From Octopus vulgaris (Eukaryota): DNA of 64,000 nt. The notes beneath the pieces were generated by a model, which saw only the letters and a list, made by a program, of their open reading frames with translations, was not told the DNA's origin and did not search any database. Shown in pieces: positions 13,620-28,028 of the stretch (its first letter is position 1; every line of letters starts with the position of its first letter). Both the position numbers and the translations under genes were made by a program. The stretch covers positions 131,688,001-131,752,000 of the forward strand of contig OX597815.1 in NCBI GenBank assembly GCA_951406725.2. Direction: 5' to 3'.

Positions 13620-14190
13620 ACACTAGCAGTGCAATTTCTCAGCACCTACACCGCACCACACACCAACACACAACATCATGACACACCACACACCACAACA
13701 GCACATCATATCACACCACATCACACCACACCATATCACACAACATCCCACCACCCCGCACACACTAGCCCTGACCTCTTCCCAGCAGCCACAGCATCAT
13801 CCGCACATCCACACATTACAGACGCATACACTTACACACGCACACATCCAAACGTCATGGTCACCAACCGCTATCCACACGCACACAGTTACACACTCTC
13901 ATATACATACGCATGTGTACCTTCATTTTGGGATCACCAATACTTTATTATCTCCCTTTCTTTCTAGCTGTCCTGCCTAACCAACTCTGTCCAGCCAGCT
14001 GCCATGATTTACCGGAGCCTCTAGATCTTTTTTTATTCTGATTATTTTATCGTGGTCCTATATGTTGAAGAGCCTAGGCTCGAAATATAAAATACTTTCT
14101 CATCTTCCTAAGCATTAAACTAATACACCTATTTGTTGTTTATACACCTGTCTTCGTCTTTTGTTTTTCAATAAATTCCAAATATATATA
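13620..14190 (+). mobile_element. Probable PLE pseudo-LTR fragment with (CACCA)-rich tract and minimal HHR-like motif at 14057-14095
   Basis: tgttgaa-GAGC-ctag-GCTC-GAAA; same family at 26200-26235 (+) and 40860-41040 (-). Confidence 0.55.
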
Positions 14191-14201
14191 CTTATATATA
14201 T

Positions 14202-14260
<59 letters not shown>

Positions 14261-15237
14261 CATACGTGCACATATATTTCTAATAACATTCAGTGTATTC
14301 TTGATAGGTAAATGTTTTCTGAACATACATGTGCAGTTAAATTTTGAATTATATTTGTTTGTTCGATGAATTCTTTTCATTTAATAACAGTATCATCTCT
14401 CTGTTTCTTTCTCTCACTGTGTGTCTCTCTGTCTCTGTCTGTCTGTCTCTCTCTCTTGCGCGCGCATTCTATTGGCACAACCAAACACACTAACCTACAC
14501 ATATGCAATACACGTACATAGCTAAATGCCTATGGGCATTGAATGTGTATGTGCCTGTACGTTGATATTTGCTGGAATATATAAGAAGTGAAATATGTTT
14601 CGCTGTGCTTACATTTTCTAAACAATAAACATCGCAATGTATGCTCCAAGAGAACTATTAATGATATTCATTTCAGCAACCAGCTACATGGGATTGAATT
14701 ATATTTGCATCCTGTGTAATTAAATATTTCGTTTACCAGCAATTTATAATGTAAACATGTATTTGTTTTGTAAATATATCTGATACAACGCACTAATTTC
14801 CTTATTAGAAATTAGAAATTCCTGTTTTCCTGGGGGGTTATTGAAAATTTATTGTACTTTCTAACACAATGAAAGCTTGATATACTTATTAAAATATGAG
14901 ATTTTTTTGTATGTACCACTGCAAGTAGTTTTTTTACACTACTTTTAAAAATCAGCACTATTTGGACGTACATTGTGAAATTAACTTTGACTTATAATAT
15001 GATGTATGTGTTCTTTCCAATTGTAAATATTCGTGATTTTCGTGTATATTATTAGTAGTTGTAACATAATATTGTTGTAATATACATACATACATACATA
15101 TATATATATATGTGTGTGTAATTATGGAGTTGGTTTCATTATGTTACAAGACACATCGCTCTGGCTACGCGGTTAAACGAACACCAGCACTTTGCATGAT
15201 GAAGGACCGGGACGCCTAATAACACCTAGTAACACAC

Positions 15238-15320
<83 letters not shown>

Positions 15321-15689
15321 CACACATATAGCAGTATGTATGTATTTATGTATGTATGTATGTATGTATGTATGTATGTATGTATGTATGTACTACATCT
15401 TGCATTCTTAATTATCTGAAATCTGCTTGTAAAGAAGGTGCTGATTTTTATCAAAGGTACAAAGTTCTATCGTTGGGATGTAGATACAATAAAATGTTTC
15501 TGTTGAACTTGAGAAAAGTTTTGCTTATTTTACTGTTCCATTGTATTATTAACATGAGGCAAGTTGATTTTTCCCCAGAAAACCCTCGCTTTTCAAGTTT
15601 GTCCCTACTAACACTAAGGTTACGTAGTGAAGAAATCAATAATTCTAATTGATACACTTACACGTATTCGAACAAATCTTTTCTCCTTT

Positions 15690-16030
15690 ATTTTCTCATT
15701 CATTAGACCACGGCTATACTGGGACACCGTCTTGTAAATTTTAGCCCAATGAATCTATCCCAGTACTTTCAAAAAATTCTGTTACGTACTTCTTTCGTCT
15801 CTTGCGCCGCTGAACTGCTAATTTACAGAGAAATAAACCACCCAAAACCGGAATCAAACGCAAACACAATGACAAAGGCGCTGTCTCACACATGTACTAC
15901 GGGCTTATACACAGTTCCGTCTACCAAATTTATTCACAAGTCATTGATCGACCTGGGGAATAAAACTGGATAGTGAACCACGTGATTGTAAAGTAAGCTT
16001 CTTTACAATAGAACCATGTATGCGCCTAAA
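15690..16030 (-). mobile_element. Degenerate SINE family A copy
   Basis: cagttccgtctaccaaat...cacaag matches family A. Confidence 0.7.
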
Positions 16031-16119
16031 TACCTATTATGATTACAAGTTGCAAATTAAAGACTATTTTGTGAGGTAACGTGAGCACTGATGGCAATAT
16101 ATTGGTTTCTAATATTGGC

Positions 16120-16314
16120 ACAAGCTCAGCTGCTTTGGGTAAGGAGCTAAGTCGATTTCATTTACCCCCAATATTCAACTAGTAATTGTTTTATCGACCC
16201 CCGATGCATGAAAGCAAAGTCGACCCTGATGGAATTTAAACTCAGATCGTTAAGGCGGATGAATTGCCGCAAGCATTTCGCCTGGAGTGCTAACGCTTCT
16301 GCCAGTTCGCCGCC
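16120..16314 (-). mobile_element. SINE family B copy
   Basis: Minus strand ggcggcgaactggcagaa...gtcgactttgctttcat...ggggtcgataaa. Confidence 0.85.
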
Positions 16315-17268
16315 TTTCACTGGCGTCACTATATTACAGTTTATATCCAAAGATATATACTGACATTCAGTGCTTCATGCAGATTTCCAATATCCATAAT
16401 TTCCCTGTCCTCAGGTTTATATCTTTGAGCCTAGAATTAAAATATATATGGTCAGCTAAAGTACTGTTTTCCTTTTTGTTCATGATTTATGGATTCGCGT
16501 TTATATATTACCCTCATGCAATTAATGAACGGTCGAATAGTTCAAGTGGTGGCTTTTCAGCTGATCAATGCTTGTCTACACTTAAGATACATCTAAATTT
16601 TTCTGATACCGAATTCCTGGCTGCAATGTAATAAGCATCGAAGAAGGAATGATACAGAAATTCGACGTCAAAACTAATCGTGTTACTAAATCTGAAATAC
16701 ATTTTTTTCTGGATATCTTCATTTCGTATCAGAGTATTTCTTTCCGATATCTTTACTAAATGTATTAATAATCTCCATAGCTAGGGAGTCGCTGCAATTT
16801 ATCACTGCATTTTCTAGCATCTTTCCGTTGCAATCTTATCATATTGCTGCTAAACTAGGAAATAATATTAGAAAGGATTCGAATATTATTTTTCCCTTAC
16901 TTGGCACGCTAAGAGAAATATGCTTTACTTAAGAAAATAGCAGGAAAAGGAAAGAGAGAAGGGGCGAGAGAGAGAAAAGGAAAGAAGGAGAGATATGTGT
17001 GTATATGTGTGTGTGTGTGTGTGTATGAGCGCGTCTTCAGTTTTATGTTAGAGAATGTTGCAGCTATATATGTTTTTGAAAAGCTAACCTAAGTCCACGC
17101 TCGTATATACCAGGTCGAGCAGAATTGGCGCTGCTGATTTTATAGTCAAATACTTCTAAATATCAGTTTTTTGTTTTTTTTATTTTTGCCTGATGTACAA
17201 GCAACTGTGAGAGTCCAAGCAACGGTAGATACTCTTATCATTATATCGTCTATTATAAAGGTAACGTT

Positions 17269-17329
<61 letters not shown>

Positions 17330-17872
17330 ATGTATATGTATATCTTGAGAGACAGAGAGACAGTGAAAGAGAGGGAGATGCATACATATATATATATATA
17401 TGTGTGTGAGTGAGCGCGCGCGTGTGTGTATGTGTGTGTGTGTGTGTGTGAGTTGCGATAATTAATACAAACCAAACAGTAATATTATGAAATCAGCGAA
17501 TATATTTATTTCAGGTCTGCGTAATGTATTACAGGAAATACATCCATTACGTAAAACCATCTTCAGTCAAAATATTTCACAATATTTTCCTATGATTTTT
17601 GCAGTATAAGGTATTGCGTAAAGGATACATTTTCTGTTAAATATTACGCAGACCCGAAACGTACGTATTGAAATGATTTCTAAATATGACTATTTAGTTT
17701 GGTTTCCTTCTTGCAAATTATATTGTAAACTAGCCAGTCCAGATTGCAATTATGCTGCTACTCAAATAACGATTTGGAGCAGCTTGTTCATATTCCATGT
17801 ACTCATACTTCGTATTTTGTGTTGTGCACGTTTCATGACGTCCTGTGCCCACATATGCATATATACATACAT

Positions 17873-17928
<56 letters not shown>

Positions 17929-17988
17929 ATGTACGTATATGATGTACGTATGCATATACGTATGTATATATGCATATATGTATATATA

Positions 17989-18039
<51 letters not shown>

Positions 18040-21000
18040 GTATATACATGCGTGTGTGTGTATACACATACATGTGTGAGTACTTTTGGTTTATCAACCA
18101 TTGAAATTCCGCTAATTAATTCAAAGTTGCACCATTCATATATCCACGGTTTGCCTATGAAATGTTAGAAAGACTACAGTTGTTTATTTATATTAAGAAA
18201 ATAGAAATATTATTTGAGCCTTTGGCAATAAATTGATAGCCCTCAGACATTTTTTGTTGAAACAAATGTAAGTGAATGGATGTACGTACCGTTGAACTGG
18301 TTTAGAATGAATTTTTCCATTGAAAATAAAGGTTTGAAACTTCGGATGATTCGTTGTTTAGGTAATAATAGTTGTCCCGAGGAAGAACACAATTTTGGCA
18401 TTGGTTTGTAATTAGTGAATGTATATTTTTGTATAGATTTATTTATTCTATTAGGCGGGATGACGTTTAAGTATTTCATTCGCGGAAATGCCGTTCATAA
18501 TGTATTGATAAATCGGAGCCTACTGCAGAAGTCTTACACTCACCATTTCCTAATTCTCCGCCTTACCCTTCTATTATTTCTATTTCATTTTATTTATTTG
18601 CTTTTGAAAATTATAGACAAATGCAGTTTTGAATCATTTATATATGGTTTTTCCCGGGCCTTCGGTCAGTGTAGATTATCGAATCAGCGACCCAGCAACT
18701 TTTAGTCTAGAAGTCTAGAAGTTGTCGGTTACATTCGGCAAAAAAGGTCATGAGTATAAACACTTTAATCAAATTATATATGTGCAGTATTGTATATATA
18801 AGTCATGGAAAAGGGGATATCACTTAAAGATATGACTCAAAGGATACACGTCATTGATTGGTTGAAATTAACGAAATACGAGAACTTTAACGTGAAATAA
18901 CGTCGTAAATATAAGTTTTTATCAGAAATGCTAAGAGTAAAAGACGTTTTATATGACACATTCTGCCAGTGTTCGAAGTTTGAAAGTTTTTAAATCTGTA
19001 GGTCAAAAGGTACAGATTTCTTTCAAGATTTGAGATCCAATATCTCCGTAAAAATTCACTTAGATGAATAAATATCTATTTATCTTTAAATGTTTCCCAG
19101 CATGCCAGTTCTTCAATATCGACCTATTCAATTATAGGGAAGTCCTGACTATTTAACTAACTCAGGACAGAAATATTATTAATCATATATATATTTTCTC
19201 AAACTATTTGCTTTGAACTTGAATTTCTCTTTGAGATAACGAATTAACCGAGTATGTTTGCCTGTGGTACCATGAAAAACTATAACGAAATGATTTAATC
19301 ATCAGTTTCCTCAAAATTATTCATTATATAAGGAAGTAAAAATTGCGCAGCGCTACCATTCAAAGAATGTTTAGTAGAATCAGTATACAAACAGTAATTC
19401 AAGTTCCTTTCCATCGAAATATTAATTGGATATTTGGAAATACAAAAGAAGACATATGTAATATATAAGTAAAGATTTGTAACATTAGCAAATAGATTCA
19501 CTTATTTGAGAATGGTATTTGAGAATGGTCACCGTTTGAAGCATACTATTTAACTACCATTTTAGTTAATCCATATCGGAAGGACGAAATGCAAAGCAGA
19601 CTTCGGTGGGATTTAGATAGGGAATATAAAGGGCTGTAACTAAATACAGGTTATTTGTCCTGTACTCCACGAATTTTGTCAATCCAACATCCTCATATGA
19701 TAATGAAAACAAATACATACTAAGAACAAAAACGACACAATAGCGTCAGATTTTGTGCAATACTTTTTAAGTGAAAAGGTAAGCAGGTTACATAAGACTC
19801 ATATACAATTCATTGGGTACAATATATGCATATATTTACGTTCCCATTAATATTAATCATGCGCCTAGTTAAATGTCAACAACAACATTTGATTGAGTTT
19901 TATCGGTAGCTAAATATCATTTTATCAAGTTCAAACCTTGGTTTATGGATTTGTAGATATTACAATACACCAATTTCATATACCGTCAAATATTCCATTC
20001 AAATGGATAATAGTCGTAATAGGGAATATCTGAACAATAGGAGAATTCTATTCATTATTCAAAGAAAACATTTCCGATATAACTAAAGGATAAAATAGGA
20101 GACGTATAGTTATTATAGAAAATTATATTTTTCATTTTATGAACACCATGCACCATGTTCATGGCAAGTTCAGCAACAAACCCAACTATTTGCTCGTAAA
20201 GAAATTCTCATTTTGATGAGATAGACATCAAAAACGTTTGACGTCAAAGAATGCAGCTGTTTCATAAGAAATTCATTATGTGTACGCTGTCACGTAAACA
20301 ATTATTACCTCCATATCTGATCCCTTAGTTTTACTGTCACTTAACATTTCTGATTTAGGTACAAGGTGAGCATTTATAAGGCGTATGGGTTACCTTAAAG
20401 GCAACAGAAGCTTAAACATGGCAAAATAAAGTAGGTTTTGAAAATAGTAATTGAAATTAGCTGTATGACAAAGTTCTTAATGGGAATATGTGAAGAGTGT
20501 CTATAAATAAATACTGAAATATCTGGGGGGGTTTTCTTTCTACGAATTATGATTGCAACAGTGAAATCTGATTACTGGATGCATATATATGTATTATAGC
20601 AAACCAATGCAGGCAAAGACAAGAAAAAAATGTGATGAATGTGTCCCCAAAAACCTGGACACTTCTTGGTTGTTTAATTTTGAAAGTTATAATTTTCAGA
20701 ACATAGATCAGTATTTGAATTATTTTCTTTGTTATATGTAAACAGAAGTTTGAGTGTTGAAGCTTTACTTTTCTTTTTTTTTTTTTGGTAAATAGCAGAA
20801 ATATTTCGTTTCTGGATTTGGTTTGCAAGATTCTTTATGTGAGTTCGTGTGTTGAAGCATATTCTGTTGTGTCTGGGGAAAGTAATTTTATTTTTGTGCC
20901 TCATAATTGAACACACTCACCGGTAAAATTTCCACTTATTTCTTATTTTTATTTTCCTAAAAATTTCGTTGCGTCTTGCAACCTTTTCAATAGTCTTGAC

Positions 21001-21635
21001 TCTGTCCGTTAGTTACACTGCGTTCTTTTTTTGTTTCTTTGTGCGCATGTGTGTGGATCAGTGTGTGTGTGCCTATGCATGTATGTATGTATGTATGTAT
21101 ATATGTGCGTGTATGCATATGTATACATGTATGTATGTGTGCGCATCTGTATGTATGTATTCTGCATATTCATGTGCTTGCATATCCGTGTTTGTTTATT
21201 TTTTATGTATATGTGTGTGTGTGTGTGTGTGCGTGTGTTTGTATATGTATGTACCTCTGTCTCCATGTGTGTGCATGTCTGAGTGTGCGTGTGTGTTTTG
21301 CAACTATGTAACGTGTTTGTATGGATGGATGTGCATCTCCATATGTGTAGACACGTGTCTCATATGTTTTCATACCTGTGAAGTAAAGTGTGTGTGTGTA
21401 TATATGGTCATGTGTTTCAGTCCCCACTTGCGTATGTATGCTTATCTGTTCATATAACCAATGTATCTATCCTTCTGTTTGAAGATCTCTTTATTTTAAT
21501 ATCCATATGCTGACATACGTGTACATATACACATATATACATACACCCCACACATACATACATCTATCTACATAACAGCCCATTAACTATTCTACTCTAC
21601 CTGTGTAAACTGTGGGTATGGACGTATGATATCTA

Positions 21636-22810
21636 CTATGTATATTTCCTATTTAGTATTGGGGAAGTTCCATTTATAAGGTCGTGCTCACCTATTTGTC
21701 TGAGTGTTAGGCCTTTTGGGTGATTGGATAAGATGCAGATGTCAAGTTGACCCAGGTTGCCTCCATGTTGGCCTTTGGTATGTTGGTAGACATATTGTCT
21801 CAGATGTTCATTTTGTCGTTCTGCATTGCTCCTAGATGTCTCCCCTATGTATGTCTTGTTCATATCTTTACAATCACCTTCTATGCATATTATGCTGTAA
21901 ACTACATTTCTAGTTCTACAGTTAATGACAGGGCTAACCCTACATACCATGCAGTTATCATTGGTGCATATGGTATTCTCAAATGGGTACTCCTATATAA
22001 TTGTGATCTGACGGGGTTCCCTGGCTTTTCAACAATATTAATGTTGAGTTTGGTCTCCTTTAGAGCTTTTCTAAATCTACGGGCTAGTTCTGCATGGGCT
22101 GTGGCCTCTACAAACATCACTCTTTGATATTTGTCAGTTTTATACCACGTGTTCGCCCTGTTTGCTTTGTCACAATTTCTTTGTATCCTATTCGATTGTT
22201 TGTTTCTATATCTAGGGCAGGTACCACAGGTATCATTACGTTATTTAATTCCTTTCTAGCCCCCCACCCCACCCCTGTATACTCGAACCCTATCTTTCTG
22301 ATCATAACCAGAGAACTGCATGCGGTGCATGTAATTCTGTATATGCTTTTCGTTTCACAGAGTTCGCATAGTGGGTACACATTGTTTATTATTCTTACTA
22401 GGTCTGCTATTAGTATGTTAATTTTCATGATGTGTGACAAAACTGAGTTCTTGTGAACAACGTATTTTGAAGCTATGGGTTTCATGTAATGGGAATGGAG
22501 GAGCTGCACTCTATTGTTCATAGTCTCTAACCAAATTTCAGTATCAATTACAGGGAGACTATTGCTGGGGTGCTTAGTGGGGTAATCTACAGTTACCTTG
22601 ATTCTTTGGTGGATGGAGTTAGCTATTTGCTGGGTGCTCTCCATTATGTTCTTCTCAGTTTCTGCACTACCGCCACTAGAGTTGGTCCTAACTATGCTAT
22701 CAATTTCATCTACATATCTACTGTAGAGTAGAAGAGTTGTGGACTGTTCTGCTAAATTTTGTATAAGTTTTCTGTCCCACCAGGTCATGAAGAGGCCGGT
22801 CACATCTCCA
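21636..22810 (-). mobile_element. Penelope-like element, RT C-terminal half plus GIY-YIG endonuclease, frameshifted pseudogene
   Basis: YSRYVDEI (RT YxDD-like), LPVIDTEI, HYMKP; NVVYSIIC...TYIGETSRSNAERQNEH (GIY-YIG). Confidence 0.9.
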
Positions 22811-23338
22811 GAAATATTATCTTTCAGCGTTTCATTCGAACGTTCTAGACTAGATAAGATAACCCAATAGCCTCACTTACCAACACAACCCGACCGCAGA
22901 CCAACCAGTACTTCAGTGACGTCTGCTTCTTGGAGACGTGTAGTAGTTTTCCTATTCCACTCAGAGCCACGTAACTCATTCGTATTTTTTTACTACTTTA
23001 TATCGTCTGTGTGTTCACATCAGCCACTTCACTAAGCGCTTTATCTACTCCTTTCTCCCTTGAATGTCATTCTACCGGATTCTTTCATTTCTTGTGGTTA
23101 TTGTGCGGTGTTGTTTCAAGAGGAAATCCAACCCTATCGATGTTATCGGTTTCCAGGGAGCTATGAAGCCCTCAGGTACAGTCCCTTCGTGTGATCATTA
23201 ACTGTATAAAAATATTTTCCTTATAAAAGAGAAACCATTATTTTTGTGTCTCAAAACTTCCATCTCCGTTCAATATTTAATACATGACATGAAACATGAC
23301 GTAAATTGCTAAAAATTTTTCATCTAAAATATATTAGA

Positions 23339-23722
23339 CTAGCAGTATCGCCCGGCGTTGCTCAGGTTTGTAAGGGAAATAACTATAAAGCATTTTTAGA
23401 GAGTTATAGCCAAAAAATAGCAAAAAAATGGAAAAAAAATGATGGTAAATTTTTTTTGAGAGTTAAAAAAGGTGGAGTTGCGTCCCCTAGACAGTCTGTG
23501 GTTTGGGTTTCTGATTCTCGACCCCATGTCGAATTTATCGATTTTTTCAGAACTGGGGGGAACTTTTCAAAATTTTCGCTGCGTTAGTTTTGAATTATGA
23601 CATTGGGCTATGTGTGTGTCAAGTTTCATCAGAATCGGTTGAAAGCCGTGGTCAGAGTGAGGGTACGAGAAAACAGACACACAGAAAACGCACAGACAAA
23701 CTGCCGTTTATATAGAGAGAGA
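23339..23722 (-). mobile_element. Non-autonomous Helitron-like element
   Basis: Minus strand starts TC(TC)n-TATATAAA and ends in a GC-rich hairpin plus CTAG|T; homologous to 30178-30574 and 40262-40580. Confidence 0.75.
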
Positions 23723-24011
23723 TATAATATTAGATATTATGCACAACTATTTTACAGAGAAATAACGATACGGTGTCTGTGCTCATTCTGTCTTTAGTGA
23801 TTTTTAACTGAGTTAAAATGAGATTACTTGGAGTGCATGATACGTTATATAACCGGTCTTAGTTTTAGTGGTATTTCCGATTGCTATTTGTAATGTCCAC
23901 TATCAAATAAAATTTCTGATGAAAAGATCTAGAAAGAGACAGAAAAGTTTTACACTTGCTTCAATTCATTACTAGTGTTCATCATGTTTACTATTTAATT
24001 ATTATTTTTTT

Positions 24012-24560
24012 TGCGCTTTTTTCAAGCCTAGCCAGACTCATTGGCCCGGTTTCCGGTTTCTCATGGCGTATATCTTTCCCCCAGCTGGACGGGACGCCAG
24101 TCCATCGCAGAGATTCTCAGGAAACAGGAAGAAAGAGTGAGAGAAAGTTGGGGCGAAAGAGTACAACAGGGGTTAACCCCACCACCCCCGTTGGAGCCTC
24201 ATGGCGGTTTTAGGTGTTTTCACTCAATAAACACACACAGTCTGGCAATCGAAACCGCGATCATCCGACTACGAGTTCGCTGCCCTAACCACTGGGTCAT
24301 TGTGCCTCCACTTGCACCCTTTCAAAGCCTAACCAGGCTCATGGGCCCGGTTTCTCGGTTTCAATGGTGTATGTGTTCCCCAGGTGGAGGGGACGCCAGT
24401 CCATCGCAGCGTTACTTATTTTCGCCAGCTGAGTGGACTGGAGCAACTTGAAATGAAGTGTTTTGCTCAAGAACACAACGCGTCGCCCGGTCCAGGAATC
24501 GAAACCACAATCTTACGATCGTCATGCTGACATGCTAACCACTAAGACACGCGCCTCCAT
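24012..24560 (-). mobile_element. Two adjacent family C SINEs (24012-24312, 24313-24560)
   Basis: Two heads ggaggc(a/g)c...tggc...agtgg and two gcgatggactggcgtccc domains. Confidence 0.85.
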
Positions 24561-25559
24561 ACTATTTAATTGTAATCTCTATATTAAAAGATTGTAAATA
24601 CGATTACCTGAAGACAATATATCATATCTTTCTTCATTAAACTTACGAAACCATTCGTTATACAATTACATCAAGTTAACCTTTAAAACTATTTCTTTTT
24701 GAAATAACATATTTTAATGATGTGATACATATTTCAAACTGAAAGTTTTTCATGCTGAAGTTATTAGATATAAAAAATACTCCCAGTTGGTTATCATTTA
24801 CTACTTATGCCGAATTAACATGCATTTCAAATGGTTCAATGATCTTACTTGAAATCCAAACTGGAGTATATTAAACAGTGTTATGCTTCCATATTTCCCG
24901 AACGTAAAAAGGAATATGATTTATATTTGCCTCGTATTACCTGCGCATTTTATACTTGTATATAAATTTTATTTTCAATACGCAGATCAAATGAAACTTG
25001 AGACGTATGAATCGTTATCAAATTTATTTTGATTAAAACAGAAATTTACGTAAGATTTTAATATCGTCACAGAAATAAGTACAACACTATTAGTACGCAT
25101 AAGAACTAACTGGAAGTTAGAACAAATTTCAACCGCTTACAATAACATAATAACCATGAAAGCGGGGAAAACTGCTTTCTAAAAATTCAGAACATTCTCA
25201 TATAAACACATTACATATTTATCAATATATATACGAGCATATGATGTAATCTATTACGTGTATATAACACTAATATAAATGTAAAGTATGATTTCGTTTT
25301 ACTTAACTCTTGATGGAGACAAAAAAACAGCACTATGCTATTGGCATATTTTGTATAATTATATCAGTAGTTCCATTTTTGATGGAGAGTTCAAACATAA
25401 CTGCGTTTTAAAGTCAAGAGCATTATTAAAGAACTGTATAAAAAAAATATCTTTAAGATTGTTTTTAATTCCGTGGCAGACCGTTCGAAATCTACTGATT
25501 TCGATTCTCACCAGCATAGTTGGCATGCAATTTAAGGTATATATGTATATATATTTGTG

Positions 25560-25616
<57 letters not shown>

Positions 25617-25663
25617 GTACAGAGAGAGAGAGGGGGGAGAGAGAAGAAGAGATAGATAGATAA

Positions 25664-25726
<63 letters not shown>

Positions 25727-25727
<1 letters not shown>

Positions 25728-26140
25728 TGGCTGTGTGATAAGTAGCTTGTTTACCGACCACATGGTTCCGGGTTCAGTCCCACTGCGTGGCATCTTGGGC
25801 AAGTGTCTTCTGCTATAGCCCCAGGCCAACCAATGCCTTGTGAGTGGATTTGGTAGACGGAAACTGAAAGAAGCCTGTCGTATATATGTATATATATATA
25901 TATATATGTGTGTGTGTTTGTATATGTTTGTGTGTCTGTGTTTGTCCCCCTAGCATTGCTTGACCACCGATGCTGGTCTGTTTATGTCTCCGTCACTTAG
26001 CGTTTCGGCAAAAACAGACCGATAGAATAAGTACTGGGCTTACAAAGAATAAATCCTGGGGTCGATTTGCTCGACTAAAGGCGCTGCTCCAGCATGGCCG
26101 CAGTCAAATGACTGAAACAAGTAAAAGAAAGAAAAGAAAG
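25727..26140 (+). mobile_element. tRNA-derived SINE family A, full length
   Basis: A box gtggctgtgtg, B box ggttcagtccc, internal (TA)(TG) tract, tail gctccagcatggccgcagtcaaatgactgaaac. Confidence 0.93.
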
Positions 26141-27424
26141 AAATAGATGCTTGATCGCTAAATCCACACATTTTTAAAATTCTCTCTATTTATTTTCCCT
26201 TATTCCTTTCTGTTGAAGAGCGCAGGCTCGAAAGACTTGAGTTGTAACAAATTAGCACCAAGTCAAACAAACAATATCAAAGTCATACTGTTTTAATGAT
26301 CACGACTTATTGCATATTGAAATTATTTTCCCTTACATGTAATTGTGTGACGATAGCAAGACATTAATGAAATGTATTTAGCTGCTATTACTAGGAGGTA
26401 AAGTGGCCTCGTAATTATTCCCTCACTGTCTCCTGCTGCACACTGTATATGATGGCAATGTGATAAGTATCGGCTTACAGAAATTATAAATTTTACCTTA
26501 GATCATATGACGGTAATTAAATCTTAATGCATTATGTTCGGGCATTAATCCATTGTATTCATAAGTATTACAATTCTTTGATGAAATTAAAATTACGTGT
26601 TTCTCTCAGGAAATGATGCTTTGTAAGATTACAAATAGATAATTACTGATTCAATATTTGTCACCTTTGCAAGACGTATATTTTAAGAAGCTCTATAAAC
26701 ACCATTATATCACGTTTGATTTACTTTAAATTCTATTCCGATCATACATGTTGGAGAGCCAATACATCTAATTCTACATATGTAGTCTTACTTTGTCTCT
26801 AAATAGATTGATCAATGACATAAGTAAATAGAAGATCAGTGAGATATAACAGCATATTCTCTCTATATTTAGTTACGTAACGAAATTAAATATTAAATAA
26901 TCTGATAATACAAGGACACTATCTTAAAATTACAGAAACACAGAATGAATTAAGATAAGAATGCAAATGAATGCAACGATAAGCATATTGGAAGTTTTAA
27001 TCTCAAGACTGTGATAAAAGTGGGTGAGATTACAAACCTAAGACATTTCTTGCATATCATATGAGGGAAACATTACTTTCAATTATCTGCATCATTGATA
27101 TCGAAGATGATATTAATAAATTCTTATTTAAAGACGAAGCTCGAAATTTAATAACGATGGCAAATAACTGATTATAATGCTATATTGCTATCACTACTGG
27201 AAGGTTACTAATTTTATCGAACATGCACAGATGATAGACAAAGCTGCCCTCGGTGGGGTATGAAATCAGAATGTAAAGAGCTGCCACAATTACTACAAGG
27301 ATATTTTATGCAGGGATATAACGACTCTTCCAATTCATTTGACTAAACTCTGGAAGGCAGTTTTTCAGCGTGGCTGCAGTTCAACGTGTATATGTGGTTT
27401 TGTGAAAGTGTATGCCTGAATATG

Positions 27425-27458
<34 letters not shown>

Positions 27459-27477
27459 TATGTGTATATATATATAT

Positions 27478-28028
27478 GTCAGGTCACTTTCGCGTGCTAC
27501 TGGTAACATGTAACCCAGTACAACATGTTGCATAGTCGGGTCGTCGGCGACTAAACCGGCAACCCCACGAAGCTTGCTTAGTGAAGAGGGTGTTTACTGG
27601 ACACCCTGCGGGATGAAAAACAAAACCCGTCAAAGGGCGGAGGAACTCATGAGAGTCAACGGCCATCCAATAAATGTCTTAAGGCTGTATCATGCGCGGG
27701 GACATAGAAATAATCGGACTGAATACCCGATCGCGCGGTTAAACCATTGGGTGTGAAGGACTCCTAGCCATTGTTAGGGCATCCTTCTAGGAGAACGTAA
27801 CTCAGGTAACTGGGATAACTCCGACATAAAATCTGTGGCTCAGTGGTTACCGATGATGTTGACTTGTTCTTCTTTTCGGATTAAGGCTGCTGTTGCTCAG
27901 TGAGTGGGATTGACTCAGTGCACAGGCTTTCCTCACTTAAAAAAATCTTCTTGCGCAGGCATTGCACGATAACAACATTGATTAATCTTCGTGCAATGGC
28001 CATACCCGATAACGAGGGGGAAGCCACC
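27478..28028 (+). mobile_element. ~550-bp non-coding retroelement, probably an RTE-derived internally deleted element
   Basis: Second near-identical copy at 47316-47870 (-); ctaggagaa(c/g)gtaactc resembles RTE 5'UTRs (recalled, not searched); microsatellite flanks. Confidence 0.7.

Noticed and set aside
22900-22950. cagtga-CGTCT...AGACG-tgtagtag hairpin next to the 21.6-kb PLE as a possible HHR
   Set aside because: No GAAA and no CUGANGA-type core; only a short stem is supportable
27484-27756. 60-76 aa ORFs shared with 47592-47962
   Set aside because: Shared only because they lie in two copies of the same repeat; no domain motif recognised
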